A stretch of 64,000 nucleotides of DNA, taken from Podarcis melisellensis. Lineage: Eukaryota. The stretch lies in NCBI GenBank assembly GCA_964234715.1, contig OZ174285.1. One strand, given 5' to 3'. The notes under the pieces are model-generated. The model was given only the letters and a program-made list of their open reading frames with translations, had not been told where the DNA came from and searched no databases. Within the stretch, counting starts at the first letter, position 1. The number at the start of each line of letters is the position of its first letter. Of this stretch, positions 13,989-27,318 are shown one piece after another. The position numbers and the translations under genes were made by a program.

Positions 13989-14884
13989 ACAACTTTACAT
14001 TTTTACTTATATAGGAAAATAATAGTTGTTAAGCAGATAATGTAAAATAAAAGGTAAACTTGCTTTTACAGTATGCAAATGTTGAAAACCCATTCACTAA
14101 CTGATCGTCATGTCAGCTTTTCAATTAAAAATCCTTTTCCAAATGAGAAGTGCAAATTGCCTCTTTGTATATTACGGCTTGTGGCAGCAAGTCTAAGGAC
14201 AAGTGCATTTGTATTTCTATTTTTCTCCCTCTTGCCACTTGTGAATCTAGTAGGCTCAGTTATTGTGATCCAGAAACCTTGCCTTTCAGGACTAAGCAGC
14301 ATCAGTGAATTGCCATTTCATCTTGCTGAACTGAAGCTACAGAACTCAACTTAGTGCCTTTTTTAAAAAAAATATATCCAAAGTAATTTAAATGTATGTA
14401 TTCTAGTTCTTCCATAAGTCAAGTGGAATGATTCTAGTTTTTGAAATGTCAGGATCTTTTTGACCTAACTAAGCTAATGGCATACTTTATTTGCAATTCT
14501 CTTTCATCCAGTGCCCTATTCTTGCTTATTTATTAACTGTACATACTGAAGTACATTGCATCTAATTACAAAATGCCAAGAGCTCATAAGAAATGCTTCC
14601 ATAAATATGTAACCACTTGGGCCTTAGTACACAAAAAAGAGAATATTTCAAGCAGAAGATATGTGGCCAATTTCTATAATAAAGAAAATAGGTCCTGAGA
14701 TTCAGCAGTGTCTTTGAGAAAATAAAGTGGCTTGAAAAATGTAAAATTACAAGAGCACAGATTTCTTTTGAAAAGCTAAATATTTGTAAGACTAAACATT
14801 TCTAAAATCCTGTCTGCCTAACCTAATTAACCTGGGTAGTCTTTTCTATTTGACTATATATGTGGTTTGTCAAAGAGTAAATGG

Positions 14885-15397
14885 TGTAATGATCTCAGGC
14901 AGGCAAGCAAGCCCTGATAAGAACTAATGAGACTCTGGCAGTTTTATGGCATGTTTATTTACAATTTACATCCAGAGCGCAGTTCCAAGCCTGGTGCTCT
15001 TCGCTACAAGTTGGTCACTCTGAGTCTCCGTCCCTTTTGCAGCACGAAGGGTGCCAAAGTTCATCTCTTCCTCTCTTTGTATTTCCATTGCATTTTAACC
15101 CTTTCAGCTCCATCAAACAAAGATCCTGCTAACTGCTGCCTACCTCCTGGTTGCATAGCAACCCTCTCAATGTCATCTACCTCCTTCCCTCCCTCTGCCT
15201 GTGAGCTTTCCAAGTCTGCTGCTCTATCTGAGTCTGGGAACTCTTGATGAAGGGGGGCTGAACTAACCCACTCCTGCTCTGTCTGTGGCTGCAATCCCTA
15301 GCTTCCAGAGTCAAACTCTGTCTCCCTTCGTACTGGCATTCCTTCTTCTTCAGAGTCAGACTCTTCCCAGGCATTCAATTCAGCCATGTCCCTGACA
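14885..15397 (-). mobile_element. solo LTR (Gypsy-like LTR retrotransposon)
   Basis: Minus strand reads TGTCAGGG...ATTACA. Exact 5-bp TSD AATGG (14880-14884, 15398-15402). AATAAA on the minus strand near 14955. Confidence 0.85.
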
Positions 15398-15418
15398 AAT
15401 GGTAAGTTAGGTGTAATG

Positions 15419-15521
15419 TAGGGCTGCCATATTTCAAAAAGTGAAAATCCGGACACAAAAGTTGTTACACATGGACGAATCCCAGCTATGTCTGGGAAAT
15501 TCCGGACGTATGGCAGTCTTA
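15419..15521. mobile_element. hAT MITE, internally deleted relative of 88-344
   Basis: Ends TAGGGCTGCCATA...TATGGCAGTCTTA; exact 8-bp TSD GTGTAATG. Confidence 0.9.
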
Positions 15522-16898
15522 GTGTAATGACAAAAGTGTAGGACTTGCACCAGAAATCAAATGCCTCTCAGTCATGAACACACTAACCTTGTGCTGTAGG
15601 ATTTTGGGGAGAAAATGCGATCCCTCCAGATGTGAAATTTTGAAGCTGGGGCGGGGCAGGGGGATTTGTTTCTCTCTCTCTCCTATTCCCGGCAGATTTT
15701 TCATAATTTTTCGTGAAATTGTAAATTAAAACAATTTGCATACTGTTTAACTATAAATAAAACCTCCAAGAAGTTGACAGAAGATAAAATATACAAGTAT
15801 TGATAAAAATTAAAAACAAGTTTTGAAAAATTCAAAAAAGATTTAAGCTAAAATTACAGATTAAAACACCTGCCAACTTTTACACGTCCAAGTAGATTTG
15901 CCTAAACAAAAAAAGTTTATAGCAGGTGTCAGGAAGAGTACAGTGAAGGCAACTGCTTGATGTCAATAGGCAGGGAATCAGATAGTGCAGATGCTGTTGT
16001 GCTAAAAAAAGCTTTTTCTTACAAGTGTGGGACAGTTATGTGGCACTTGTAAAAGTGCCATTTCCGCAGATTGTTTTGTTATCAGTGAACATTTCCTACT
16101 GTTTGTGTTCTGTTTTGAGTTGTAATTTTTGCTTATACTTTTATTGATTTTGAATTTGTTAGCCATTTTGTGCTCTTTATAAAAGGCAGTGCAAAGCAGT
16201 GCAAATGAATTTCCTCTGGATGGAAGATCTGGTTTCCGTCCTGGGTAGTCTTAAATTGAGGTACTAACAGGCTACTCCCAGACCTGTTGTACTTCAGGGA
16301 TGAAATAATGCCTGTAAAAATCAGACCATTTGTTTGAAAGAGAGGGGGAGAAGCTGTTCAAGGCGGCTTGATACTTTAAAATTAATAATACTCTAAATAC
16401 AATCAGCTGTTTCACAGATGCTATGTGTAAGTTATGATTGTGTCAGCGCCATTTATTTATCTGGATTTTTCAGCCCCACCAGAAGGTTTTTGATTGTTGC
16501 ATTAATGTTGTCGTTTTTGTGTTATCAGCTTTACAACTGTTTTCACTTTGTTTCATGAAGCAACACAATATTAATTTGCTCAATTTACATGAAGATTCAA
16601 TAAGTTTAAATAAATATCTGTATTTTTGAAGTCTGAACTGCACAATGTGTTTCTGAGCGGTATTTTCAGCTTTATGGTTTGGTGCCTATTAGGAGTACTT
16701 TTAACAGCACATTTTAGAATCCATTTTAATACACAGACACTTACAGATGTTTGCCTGTTCACTTTCTTTAATAATTGCTATTTACCTAGAAACATAGAGT
16801 AACAAATATTTCATTAATTCAAAATAAAAATGCTGAAATTTGTTCCTTCCCCATCATGCACTCACTGTTTTATCTTTACAATGTTAGTGTAGTAATCA

Positions 16899-17010
16899 GA
16901 AGAGTCTGACTCTGAAGAGGAAGGAATGCCAGTACAAAGGGAGACAGAGTCTGACTCTGGAAGCGAGGGATTGGAGCCACAGACAGAGCAGGAGTGGGTT
17001 AGTTCAGTGG
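16899..17010 (+). mobile_element. internal LTR fragment (inverted copy of 15258-15366) with 16-bp TSD
   Basis: About 5 mismatches over 109 bp to the reverse complement of 15258-15366. Flanked by GTTAGTGTAGT(A/G)ATCA at 16883-16898 and 17011-17026. Confidence 0.85.
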
Positions 17011-17739
17011 GTTAGTGTAGTGATCAACATTAACTGGATGTTAATGTTGTAAATATTCAACAGCAGAATGATATTTTTATACTAAGGTACTTATATTGGC
17101 CTTTTGTATAAGTGAACTTGCAATGCCTTATACGATTGAGTCATACTGCTTCACAGCAGTTGGCTGGAGTAGATGGCTTTTTAGTCCCTTCCAATTCTGT
17201 AACTTCTTTTCATGTACATGAGATAACTGGCCATGCATACTGTTATAATAGCTTGAGAATCTGGGAGCTTGAGCTAGATAATTTCATTTATTATTCAAAT
17301 GAACTATTACTTCCCAAACACAGTGTCTACCATAGCTGTACAGGTTTGGCCTTAGGAAAGAGCAGAATCCTCATGACTGAAGGAGTTCTCATTGAGCAAC
17401 TGAAACAGAGACTGCTTTTCTTTACAGCTATTTTTCCTTTACAGCTATGTTGTTTTTAAGATCATAAAGATTTTAGCTGCAACTGTGTGGTAGACATCTG
17501 GAGCATTACGTTCCTACATACTGGTGTTGGTATGTAAGGCCATCATTTATAATTGTTTCCAAAGATATTGATGAGACATGATAAACATCTTAAATCTGTT
17601 AATCCCCTAGGATTAGCTGCAGCCAAGTTTGTTTTAGCAAAAAGTGTGTCCTCATGAGTGAAACAACCTTAGAGTTTGAAAGACAGACACTTCTGTGATG
17701 TTGAAAAGATCATAATTGTTTGTATCCTTTGCACTAGTG

Positions 17740-17875
17740 CAGTGTTTACCAAACTTGAGTCTCCAGCTGTTTTTGAACTACAACTCACTTCATCACTAGC
17801 TAGCAGGACCAGTGGTCAGGGATGATGGGAATTGTACTCCAAAAACAGCTGGAGACCCAAGTTTGGGAAACACTG
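17740..17875. mobile_element. palindromic hAT MITE
   Basis: TIRs CAGTGTTTACCAAACTTG / CAAGTTTGGGAAACACTG; near-palindromic body. Confidence 0.85.
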
Positions 17876-17935
17876 CAGTAGATCATCAGTTAGATATATC
17901 TTGAGACTTTGCTTGCCGCTGCTGTTATTTGTGAG

Positions 17936-18285
17936 CAAGTGGTGCTGTGGGTTAAACCACAGAGCCTAGGACTTGCCGATCAGAAGGTTGGCGGTTCGAA
18001 TCCCCGCAACAGGGTGAGCTCCCGTTGCTCGGTCCCTGCTCCTGCCAACCTAGCAGTTCGAAAGCACATCTAAGTGCAAGTAGATAAATAGGTACCACTC
18101 TGGTGGGAAGGTAAACGGCGTTTCCATGCACTGCTCTGGTTAGCCAGAAGCAGCTTTGTCATGCTGGCCACATGACCCGGAAGCTGTCCGCCGGCTCCCT
18201 TGGCCAATAAAGCGAGATGAGCGCCGCAAACCCAGAGTTGGTCATGAGTGGACCTATTGGTCAGGGGTCCCTTTACCTTTACCTT
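17936..18285 (+). mobile_element. Sauria SINE
   Basis: tRNA-derived head with B-box GGTTCGAATCC, Sauria SINE body and (TTTACC)n tail. Confidence 0.92.
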
Positions 18286-21200
18286 GCTTCCCTATGCTAC
18301 TGTTTAATGGAAGCCTAAAATAAATGAGGTGTTACAGCATCCTAGGAAATTGTTGGGTTGTATCCAGTTATGTCCTCCTTTCACGAGAAGGGTTTTTGGT
18401 TCAGCTGAGCCTTCTGTGAGCAGAGGAGAGGAGTAGCTTTTACACACTCTCCCATTCACTCTGCTGCACCCCTCCAAACCTGCACTAAGGGGTTGGGAGA
18501 CCTTTTGGAACAGGAAGTAACACATGGGAGTACAGAAGTAGCAGAAATTCTTGAAAATCATTTCCCTTCCCCTTCCATTCATTGAAACCTCTGCTGGAGC
18601 AATGAACCTTCCACGGTGGAAGGACACCACTGAAATCAAGCCTTCATTTCGCTGATAATGTAGGGACTTCTGCAGCATGGGTTTTTTTTTAAGACAAAGC
18701 TCATCAGTTCTACAATAAACACTCATTTTCTTTATAATCTTCATTGTATTGTACCTGTTTAGTTAACTTCTGGGTGAAAATATATAAATGGTTATACTTA
18801 CTTCCACAAAGACTGTACCTCTTAGTCAGGCTGATGATCAGCTTCACTTATAGTATTCAAAGCACATTTAGAGTGCATGCCTTGGGTATGGGAAGCAAGT
18901 GTCTGTTGCATTTCTAAAGGCACTATCCTTTACATATCTACTCAAGAACAGCAGCCATTGAGTTCAGTGGAACTTATTTCTTGATAAATGTGTATAAAGC
19001 CATATCCATATATTTAAAATACATAAAGAAGTTGACTAGATAACTGGCCTATCCTACTAGCATATTTTGTTTTTGCTTATTATAATGAAAATAGAAATAA
19101 TAATGTACAGGCAAACAACAACCAAAATTGATTGTTACATTCCATCAGCAGAATCCAAGTGTTCTGTTTCTAATGGAGTGAAAAGGCAAAATAAAAAAGT
19201 TAACACAACTTGTTCCTTTTCCTTAAATATATTCACAGTACTAAAGCATCACGCTGCACATCTGTGCAGTGATATAATATCCACTGTAATGGCAGTTTTG
19301 GATATCTAAAGACTAAAGTCGAATTGTCTTTTTATTAGACAATATACTCCCTAACTTATTTTAACTCTTTCTGTAATTCATTATTGAAGTACAACAACTG
19401 ACACACATTGAAATGTATACCCTTAGTAGGCTACCAGCTAATTTGATTAGGAGTCTTATTGTTGGACTCTTAGCTCTCATCAGTAAAACTTGCTTCTTGA
19501 ATTTTATTGATTTACAACCATCTCTCCACAATATACAAGGGTTTCTAAATTAATAAATTAATAAATTCAGAAAGAGGTATTTCATTATAAGGACATATAC
19601 ATTTTGATTAGTATCATTTAACTTGTTGGCTGCAGAGCAGTCCCCATAAAGCACTAGTTTAGCCCTATTCTTATCTGACGAAATCTCTATATTCCAAGGA
19701 TGCTGGCACTGTACCAGAAGTCCTCTAATATGGAGAGATAGTTCATGACAAGCAAAGGTTTCCTACACCTTAGCTAGGTATGTCTGTAAGCTCATCTGTT
19801 CAACTCACACCCCTCCCAACTCTCATGTGAGGCTTCAGTTCTATTAATCTTGAATATCCTGAGAGTATAAGAAGCATAAACTTCTGGATACTTCTTGGTG
19901 AGCATAAAAGAGCTTCTTATTGCTATTAATTTCATCAAGAGATGAAAACAGAACATAGTGCAATAAAACAATTGTATATGTCCATAGTTAAGGCAAAGCA
20001 GTGCTAATTGCTGTTGGCTGCTGAAATGAAAACACATTTGACTACCTTTGTAAAGAAAAAAACGAGAACTGGTAAAGTAAGTCTATTTCATCAGTTGCCT
20101 AAACAATAGTAAAAAAGCAGTCTGTATGTTTCTGTGAATAAAGTACTGCTTTACCGAGGAGATGTGGATCTTTGTGCTGTGTGCAAAAAAATGTACTGTA
20201 TTGTTGCATAGAGACCATGAAAGCAATTTTCCCACTCTTCACTTGGGCTGGGGGGAGCCACTCGGCAATAGTGATAGTTTTTCCACACTGCTCTGACCCC
20301 AGGTAAGTCTCTGTGAAATCATTTTTTAGACAAAAAGGGGGAAGTGACGATGCATGCAAGGTATTGCTGCATTAGTCTTTTCCAATTAGGTGAGCTGACC
20401 TGCCGAGTGACTGATCTAGAAAGAAGAATGGTTGCAGCTTACAACACGATCCAAGCAGAACAGTCAGAACAAACTATTGTAAAACAGTTTTGCTGAATAT
20501 ATTAGTTAAAGAAAAGGGAGCACTAGGATAGAGGTTGCAAAATGGGGAAAGAGTCACAGAAACAAATTACATAGATGGTAAAGCTGTTGGAGGGCAATGA
20601 GGGATGGACTCTATATTCTTCAAAGAAAATAGCTTCCTGAAGTTTTGATTTAAAATCATAGCTGGGTTTATTTGCAGGCTTCTCAGAAAATACCTCTGGG
20701 ACAACAGAGCAGTTCCTGATTTAAAATAAAAAATAACAATTGACAGTGGGGCAAAAACAGTTTAATAGGTGGAGAGAAATGACTTGAGCAAAAGAAATAA
20801 CTTGAGCAATAAAAGCAGTTCTGTTCAGCTCCATTTCTGAATTTCACAGAGTCAACGAAGAAAATAAGTTTTAATATGGCAAATTTCATTGTGATTATAT
20901 CAAGTAAGTGACTGGGAATTGTTATTGGGCTGCAAAAGGCTAGCATGGCTCTCCCTTCTGGGTTTTATTGAGGAATAGAAAATTGTAAACTCCATAGCTA
21001 GATAATTGCCACCGCAACCAAGTTAGGGTTACAGTTTACATTAAAATTTGGTTGGAAGAAAAAGGTATACAATAAAAAAATAACGTTCCTTCTGAAATGT
21101 CATTGATTGTTGAAATACCGTTCCAGTTTTCCTCTCCCATTTTTCCTTATCTTCCTCCTTGCCTTCCTCCAGAGTCTGCCATCCTGGGTGTGAGCTGGAA

Positions 21201-23068
21201 GACACCAAGGGAGTCATGACACTCCTGTAGACAATGTAATGTGTCAGATTCCTGTTTTTGACTGTTTCCCATTGTTTTACATGCAAATCTATTATTGTAA
21301 GATGTAAAACAATGGGAAGCAGTAAAATCAGTACAGCTTGTTTCTAAGATACTTTGCACTTTTAGAAGACACCTTAGAAATTGGAATGGAGTTTAAACCT
21401 GTTTTTAGAAGGACCTAGAGCAGGAATTTGTATCCAGCTGTTGGTACTGTAGCGCCCATCATCCCTGACCGTTGATCATGCTGGCTAGGGCAAGTTGGAG
21501 ATAAAGTTCAGCAGCAACAGGAAGATCACATCTTGCCCATTTCTGAACTAGAGCATAGTGAGTGTCTCATGCTTCAATCCACATTTCCCATGTGGAGTCC
21601 CAACTGAGAAAACCTGTGCTTTCCAGGGCTGATGACTGTGGTATGTTCAATCTGGGCCACTCCTCTCTGTTGCCATCTCAACATATTAGGTTTTTTAAAA
21701 TAATGTGTGGGTCATCATATACCCTTGGGGTTATTGCAGAGAAGCTGGAATGTGCCTTTTCCCACACTTGAGACTAGATCAATTTATTTCCTAGTACAGA
21801 GACTCTAGTAAGCTAGGGCATCATTGGAATACAAGAAAAGAAATTACATGGTAGTAATTGAATATTATTAATGGTATCCCATAAGGGTGTGGTTGCAATA
21901 CGTAGTGAATAACGATTCACTGGTACACTACAAAAGGAAGTTCATTCCAGTAGCAATTGATGTTAAGACACAGTCACAGTCTTATCTGTCTGTATGCTTG
22001 TAGGGGGACTGAGATTTTAGGCTAGCAGCTTTGGTGTGTGGATAGATGCTTGCTATAATCTCATTTCCATTCTAATTATACATTTTTATCTTCCTTAATA
22101 TAAGCCTCTTTCAGTAATAAATTGAGCTCTGATAGTACTGTGTGACTTGAGGGATTTTGAGATAAACAAGCTAATAGTAGGTGCTTCTGAGTCAGCAAAT
22201 CCTCAGTACAGAAATACTGAAAGGCCTTTGAGGCTCAAAATATGCTAATGTTTTAATGAGAGAAAACAGAGGCAAGTAGAGCATGCCTGTTGCATTGTGT
22301 GGTTAGGGCCCTGAGACCCAGTTGAGCACATCTGGAGTGACTTATATCAATTTTAGGATGGACAGGGCTGCAATTGCTGGAGTGCAAGGTTACAGTTAGC
22401 AGATACAATGCCTAGCGTTCTCTCATTTTGAATCCAATAGAAATTCACCCTGCTTACTTAATTCTCATTGACTCCAAAACAATAGCCAAAATGCCTTTAA
22501 GACTGAGTAAATTATATTTTATTTGGACATTTAAAAAGTCTTTATCGGAGTAAAGCGCATAAACCATCTGAAGCAGAGACTACTCATGAGCAAAGAGACA
22601 GAAATGTTGCTCAATTACAGAAGAATGAAGATCTTGCTGCTTTTCTAATTGGTTTGTGATATAATGGGTGAAAGCATGAGAGACCAATTTCACAAGATAC
22701 TTCGAGAGTAGTTTCTAACATGTAATCAAGAAATGACAGGCTTTCAGCAGAAAAGTCAGAGTAGTCTCGGAGGTAATTTTGGAATTGCTTCGCTGTCTGT
22801 ACTACTTGTACTGAACATCCTCTTAAGACATTTGGCAGGATGCCATATCATCAACCTGATGCCAGGAGTATGAGGGCTAATCATCCTTATTCATAGACTG
22901 CTATGAACTTGTATCTCGTCCTTTCAAGAACTCAACTAGGTATTGCAAGAGTGTGGCACTTGCTACTAATTTGGTCAAAGTTTCTGTCATCTTGGTTCTG
23001 TTACATGCATATATTGTCAAATCTATTGAACATGGAATACTAAATTGAAAAAGACCTAGGTAGACATA

Positions 23069-23290
23069 CCGTATTTTTCTGTTTATAAGTTGCCCCCATG
23101 TATAAGACGAGCCCTGTTTTTTTGAACCCAAAATTAAGAAATTGATAGTTTAAACATCAAACAGAACAACTTTGATATTTTATTAAATATTCCAAGCACC
23201 GGTGCGGAAGGACAGCAGCGGAGTGTGCCCCACCCAAGTTGTTTTTGGGGGGAGATAGCCCCCAAAGGACCACATAAGGATTTTTGCCAT
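23069..23290. mobile_element. partial Tc1/mariner MITE related to 5021-5220
   Basis: TA|CCGTATTTTTCTGTTTATAAG left end present. The right end was not found, so the end coordinate is approximate. Confidence 0.55.
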
Positions 23291-23656
23291 AAAGAGCGAG
23301 CACTATCTATCTAGCACAGGAAATCAAAGTATTTTGGGGACTGAGTTTTTGATTGGTTTTCTTGGCACAATACAGGTGATAGGTCTAGCATGACACAGTT
23401 TGGGGCCAAAACAAAGACAACTTTCCTTGCTGCAAGATAAAACACTGTGGTCCTTTGCTGGTTAAGGAACAACTGCTTTCTCCTGGTACAACATGAATTT
23501 GATTAGAATACTTATTTTTTCAATTCTGATGCCACCCCCACCCGCTTGGTTGTAAAGAAAAACTTCAGAACTATTTATTAAAAGTAACCATACATCATGT
23601 TACTTTCATGAGAAAAGTTTCTATTTACCATGGAAAACAGAATAATGATTCTTTTA

Positions 23657-24010
23657 GGGACATGGGTGGCACTGTGGGTTAAACCACAGAGCCTAGGACT
23701 TGCTGATCAGAAGGTCGACGGTTCGAATCCCTGCAACGGGGTGAGCTCCCGTTGCTCAGTCCCTGCTCCTGGCAACCTAGCAGTTCGAAAGCACGTCAAA
23801 ATACAAGTAGATAAATAGGTACCACTCTGGTGGGAAGGTAAACTGTGTTTCCATGCGCTGCTTTAGTTCACTAGAAGTGGCTTAATCATGCTGGCCACAT
23901 GACCCGGAAGCTGTATGCCGGCTCCCTCGGCCAATAAAGCGAGATGAGCACCACAACCCCAGAGTCGGTCACGACTGGACCTAATGGTCAGGGGTCTCTT
24001 TACCTTTACT
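23657..24010 (+). mobile_element. Sauria SINE
   Basis: GGGACATGGGTGGCACTGTGGGTTAAACC head, B-box and TTTACC tail; highly similar to 17936-18285. Confidence 0.93.
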
Positions 24011-25699
24011 TAAGCCATTGTTTTAGGTATCAGGAGCAGCCTGCAGGATTTGGTATTTCTCCCTTCCTGTGGCACACATATTTCTACTGACGCTTCAGAT
24101 TTATGCCCATGCCAGCATTAGCCATGGTTAATGCTAACTGCAATGTACTGATATCCAAGATTTGAAAAAAAAAGGTTTGAGTGTTAAACATGGTTAAAGC
24201 TGATGCTTATTTAGATCTGGTGAAGATAGTAGGGGATTCACAATAGACAATAGAACTAGAAGAAACATGCCAGACCCTTTACCATTTCCTGATCCTTTAG
24301 ACCTGGTCCCAGAATTCAGCGGCAATGCCCCAGCATATAAACATGCATTTTTAAAATGGTAAAATTCCACCTCTTGGTAGCATTTCATTCACGCTGGTGT
24401 GTGAGCTAAAGCATGGGTGAAATTAATATATTATATGTATGAGTTTGCCTCAGCTGAGAATCATTATTACCTTGTGAATATTTTTAATATTATGTTTTGT
24501 TTAAATAAATACATACTCTGTAATCTGTGTATTAGGTTAGGATTTACATTGGCACATTGTACCTGTCCCAGTGATTTTGACTTTAAAACAGTATTAGGAC
24601 TTTAAAACAGTAAGCTGAGCATTTAACATCTGCATTAGATATAGACTGAATTTAATGGAAATGCTGACAGAATCTTAATTGTGAAGATGCTACAGGGCAT
24701 CACTATTATTCATAGCCTGTTTCAAGTGGTACCTGTAGGCTGTTTGCTGAAAATCTATTGCATATGACAGGAAGACAAATTGTGGCCTATTTTTTTAGCA
24801 CGGCATTATAATTGGTACATGTGCTCATTAAGAATAGTTTATAGAAATGTTGTCCGCAAGGTCCATCAATTAGCCAAGTAGCACTACATTCAGTGCATAT
24901 CTATTTTATCCTTTTACTTGTGGAATTATTTTTTTAAAAAATATATAGTTATACGTGTATGTTTGTGGTTTTGTATCTGTGTCTGTACATATATACTTAT
25001 AATGTTTCAGTTTTAATTTTGTTTCAAATAAGAAATGTAGCTTAGACAGATGCTTCACAAAGCCACTGTTGTATAAAATAGTTTGTGTATTAAGCTTGTT
25101 ATTTAACCAATATCATATCCTTAACATATTTTTATCTTTGCCTTCCAACTGGGTAGTGAGTGCTGAAGATTGATTGCTGTTGTCCATCAAAGAAACAAAG
25201 CACATTCCCATTTAGTTTTTTCATGGAGACATCTGTGCCTTTGTATTTTCCCATTTAAAGATGGAAAAATGGTGACCTCTAAAGTTATTTTTCTTTATAT
25301 GGGTTAAAATACATCAAATATAGGAATAAACCTCTTTACCTGGTATGTCTATTTATTTGAGTTTTTAAAAATAAAATCCAGGAATGAATTATAATAAATA
25401 TGCAGAAATGTGCACATTCTCGTTAATCCAAATCTTGACTTTTCTTGTTCATGCATTAAACTCTAGAGTCACAAACCTCATATGTCTTCCAAATTTAAGT
25501 AAGGATATTTCCTATCTTTGTCCCTGCAGCAGCATGTAATGGGGACCTGATTCATTAATGTTCTTTTCCATTTCCTTTTTAAACAGAATCATCACATTGT
25601 TGAGTTTACCTGCTGCAAGAAGTAAATTTACCAGCATGTCACACAATTGTGTTTTTGTTGTTGTTGTTAGCAATTCCCTTATGCAATTGCCAGCATATA

Positions 25700-25925
25700 C
25701 AGTGGTGCCTCGGGTTAAGTATTTAATTCATTCCGGAGGTCCGTTCTTAACCTGAAACTGTTCTTAACCTGAAGCACCACTTTAGCTAATGGGGCCTCCC
25801 GCTGCCGCCGCGCCGCCGGAGCACGATTTCTGTTCTCATCCTGAAGCAAAGTTCTTAACCCAAGGTACTATTTCTGGGTTAGCAGAGTCTGTAACCTGAA
25901 ACATATGCAACCTGAGGTACCACTG
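25700..25925. mobile_element. Tc1/mariner (Tigger-like) MITE
   Basis: TA|CAGTGGTGCCTC...GAGGTACCACTG|TA. Confidence 0.9.
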
Positions 25926-27318
25926 TAATTGGCAGAGATCAATCTTGCAATGCATTCACCCTTGTGACCTGATTCATTGCTGACATTCAAACCAATTCAT
26001 ACCCAGCCTTTCACTGGCAAAATAGGCATGTTTATTACAAGTCAAAATACAAGTCAGGAGGGACCCAGTGACCAGGCTTTGGAGGGAATATTTCCCATAG
26101 CTACCAGAAAGTCCATAGAAATACAGGATTAGGCTTCAGGTGGAGTTACCACAATGTGGAATCATTTGCACAATTAATCTATAACAAAACACCTTTAAAG
26201 GGACATAGATGTGATCCTGAAAGGATTCTTAGCATCCAAGGAAGTGAAATTATAAATTAGAAGTTAGTCCCTTCTCCATAAAAATCTATAGACTGATGAT
26301 TGTACCTTTTTAATGGTTTAAATTAAGAGACTATTTAAACACAATGGGTAATAGCCAAGTAAGTCAGACTCAGAGTAGACCCTGAAATCAATGTACAATA
26401 TTCAACATTACCCCCCTCCCACACACTTTAGTTAGGAGTAAACATTAACTTTTATAGTACAAAAAGAAAAGATGCTGTTGAGATATTTGCAAGGGACTGT
26501 TGCTGTTTCTGTTCATTGTGACTTTTCACAGTGGCAATTTCATCCTCACTTTCATAACTTTTATCGTTTGACTGCATTGCGTAATAACTGTAGGTATCAA
26601 GCTGAGACCATTAAACCACGAGGATCTTCACAATTCTGTAGGGCCACTGTGCCTTGGAAAATTGATTTTCTTCCTGAATGTGAAGCAGGGGTCTGAAAAG
26701 TTGTTTTATATAAATTGCAAAGGTGCTGTCAGATTTATCTGAATGCAGATTTAGACTTCTAGAAAGTAAATAGAATGTATTACTGCGATTTTATCATTCA
26801 CATGCATAAATGTGTATTCAACAATGCCTCTGCGTTGTACGCAGCATGTGTGATTTGCCTTCCCATCTAATGCTTTTAGCATGAGCTCTGTTTAATGCGT
26901 AACACATTTCTTTTTGTTTCTCTTGTTTTGTTATTTGCAAGGTTTCCAGTAAAATGTAAAAGCACTCCTAATACAGCTTGAACGCAGAGGGGATAACATG
27001 TAGAATTAAGTGTTCATGTAGAAATGGTATAAACAGAATAAAGTATGTTTGCAGCAACTCAATATATGTTAAGCCAGGGATAGCGAACTTAGTGCTTTCT
27101 AACATTTTTGAACTATAACATGCATCATCCAGACCATTGACCATACTGACTAGGGCTGATTGAAGTTGGACTCCACCAAAAAACAGACAAAACAAAAACC
27201 TACAAACAGTGAGAAGTTATTAATACAGAGTATCATTGATCTTCTATGTGATCATACTTACATATTTCCTGCACAGTACTTCTAGCCTCTTTCCTCTCAC
27301 CACAGCACAATAGAACCT

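Noticed and set aside
17936-18010. tRNA gene (GGTTCGAATCC B-box)
   Set aside because: It is the tRNA-derived head of a Sauria SINE and has no complete cloverleaf. The same applies at 23657 and 42529.
25555-25630. Strong acceptor-like site TTTCCTTTTTAAACAG as an extra FBXL17 exon
   Set aside because: No good donor follows and the peptide is not LRR-like. The flanking exons already join in frame.
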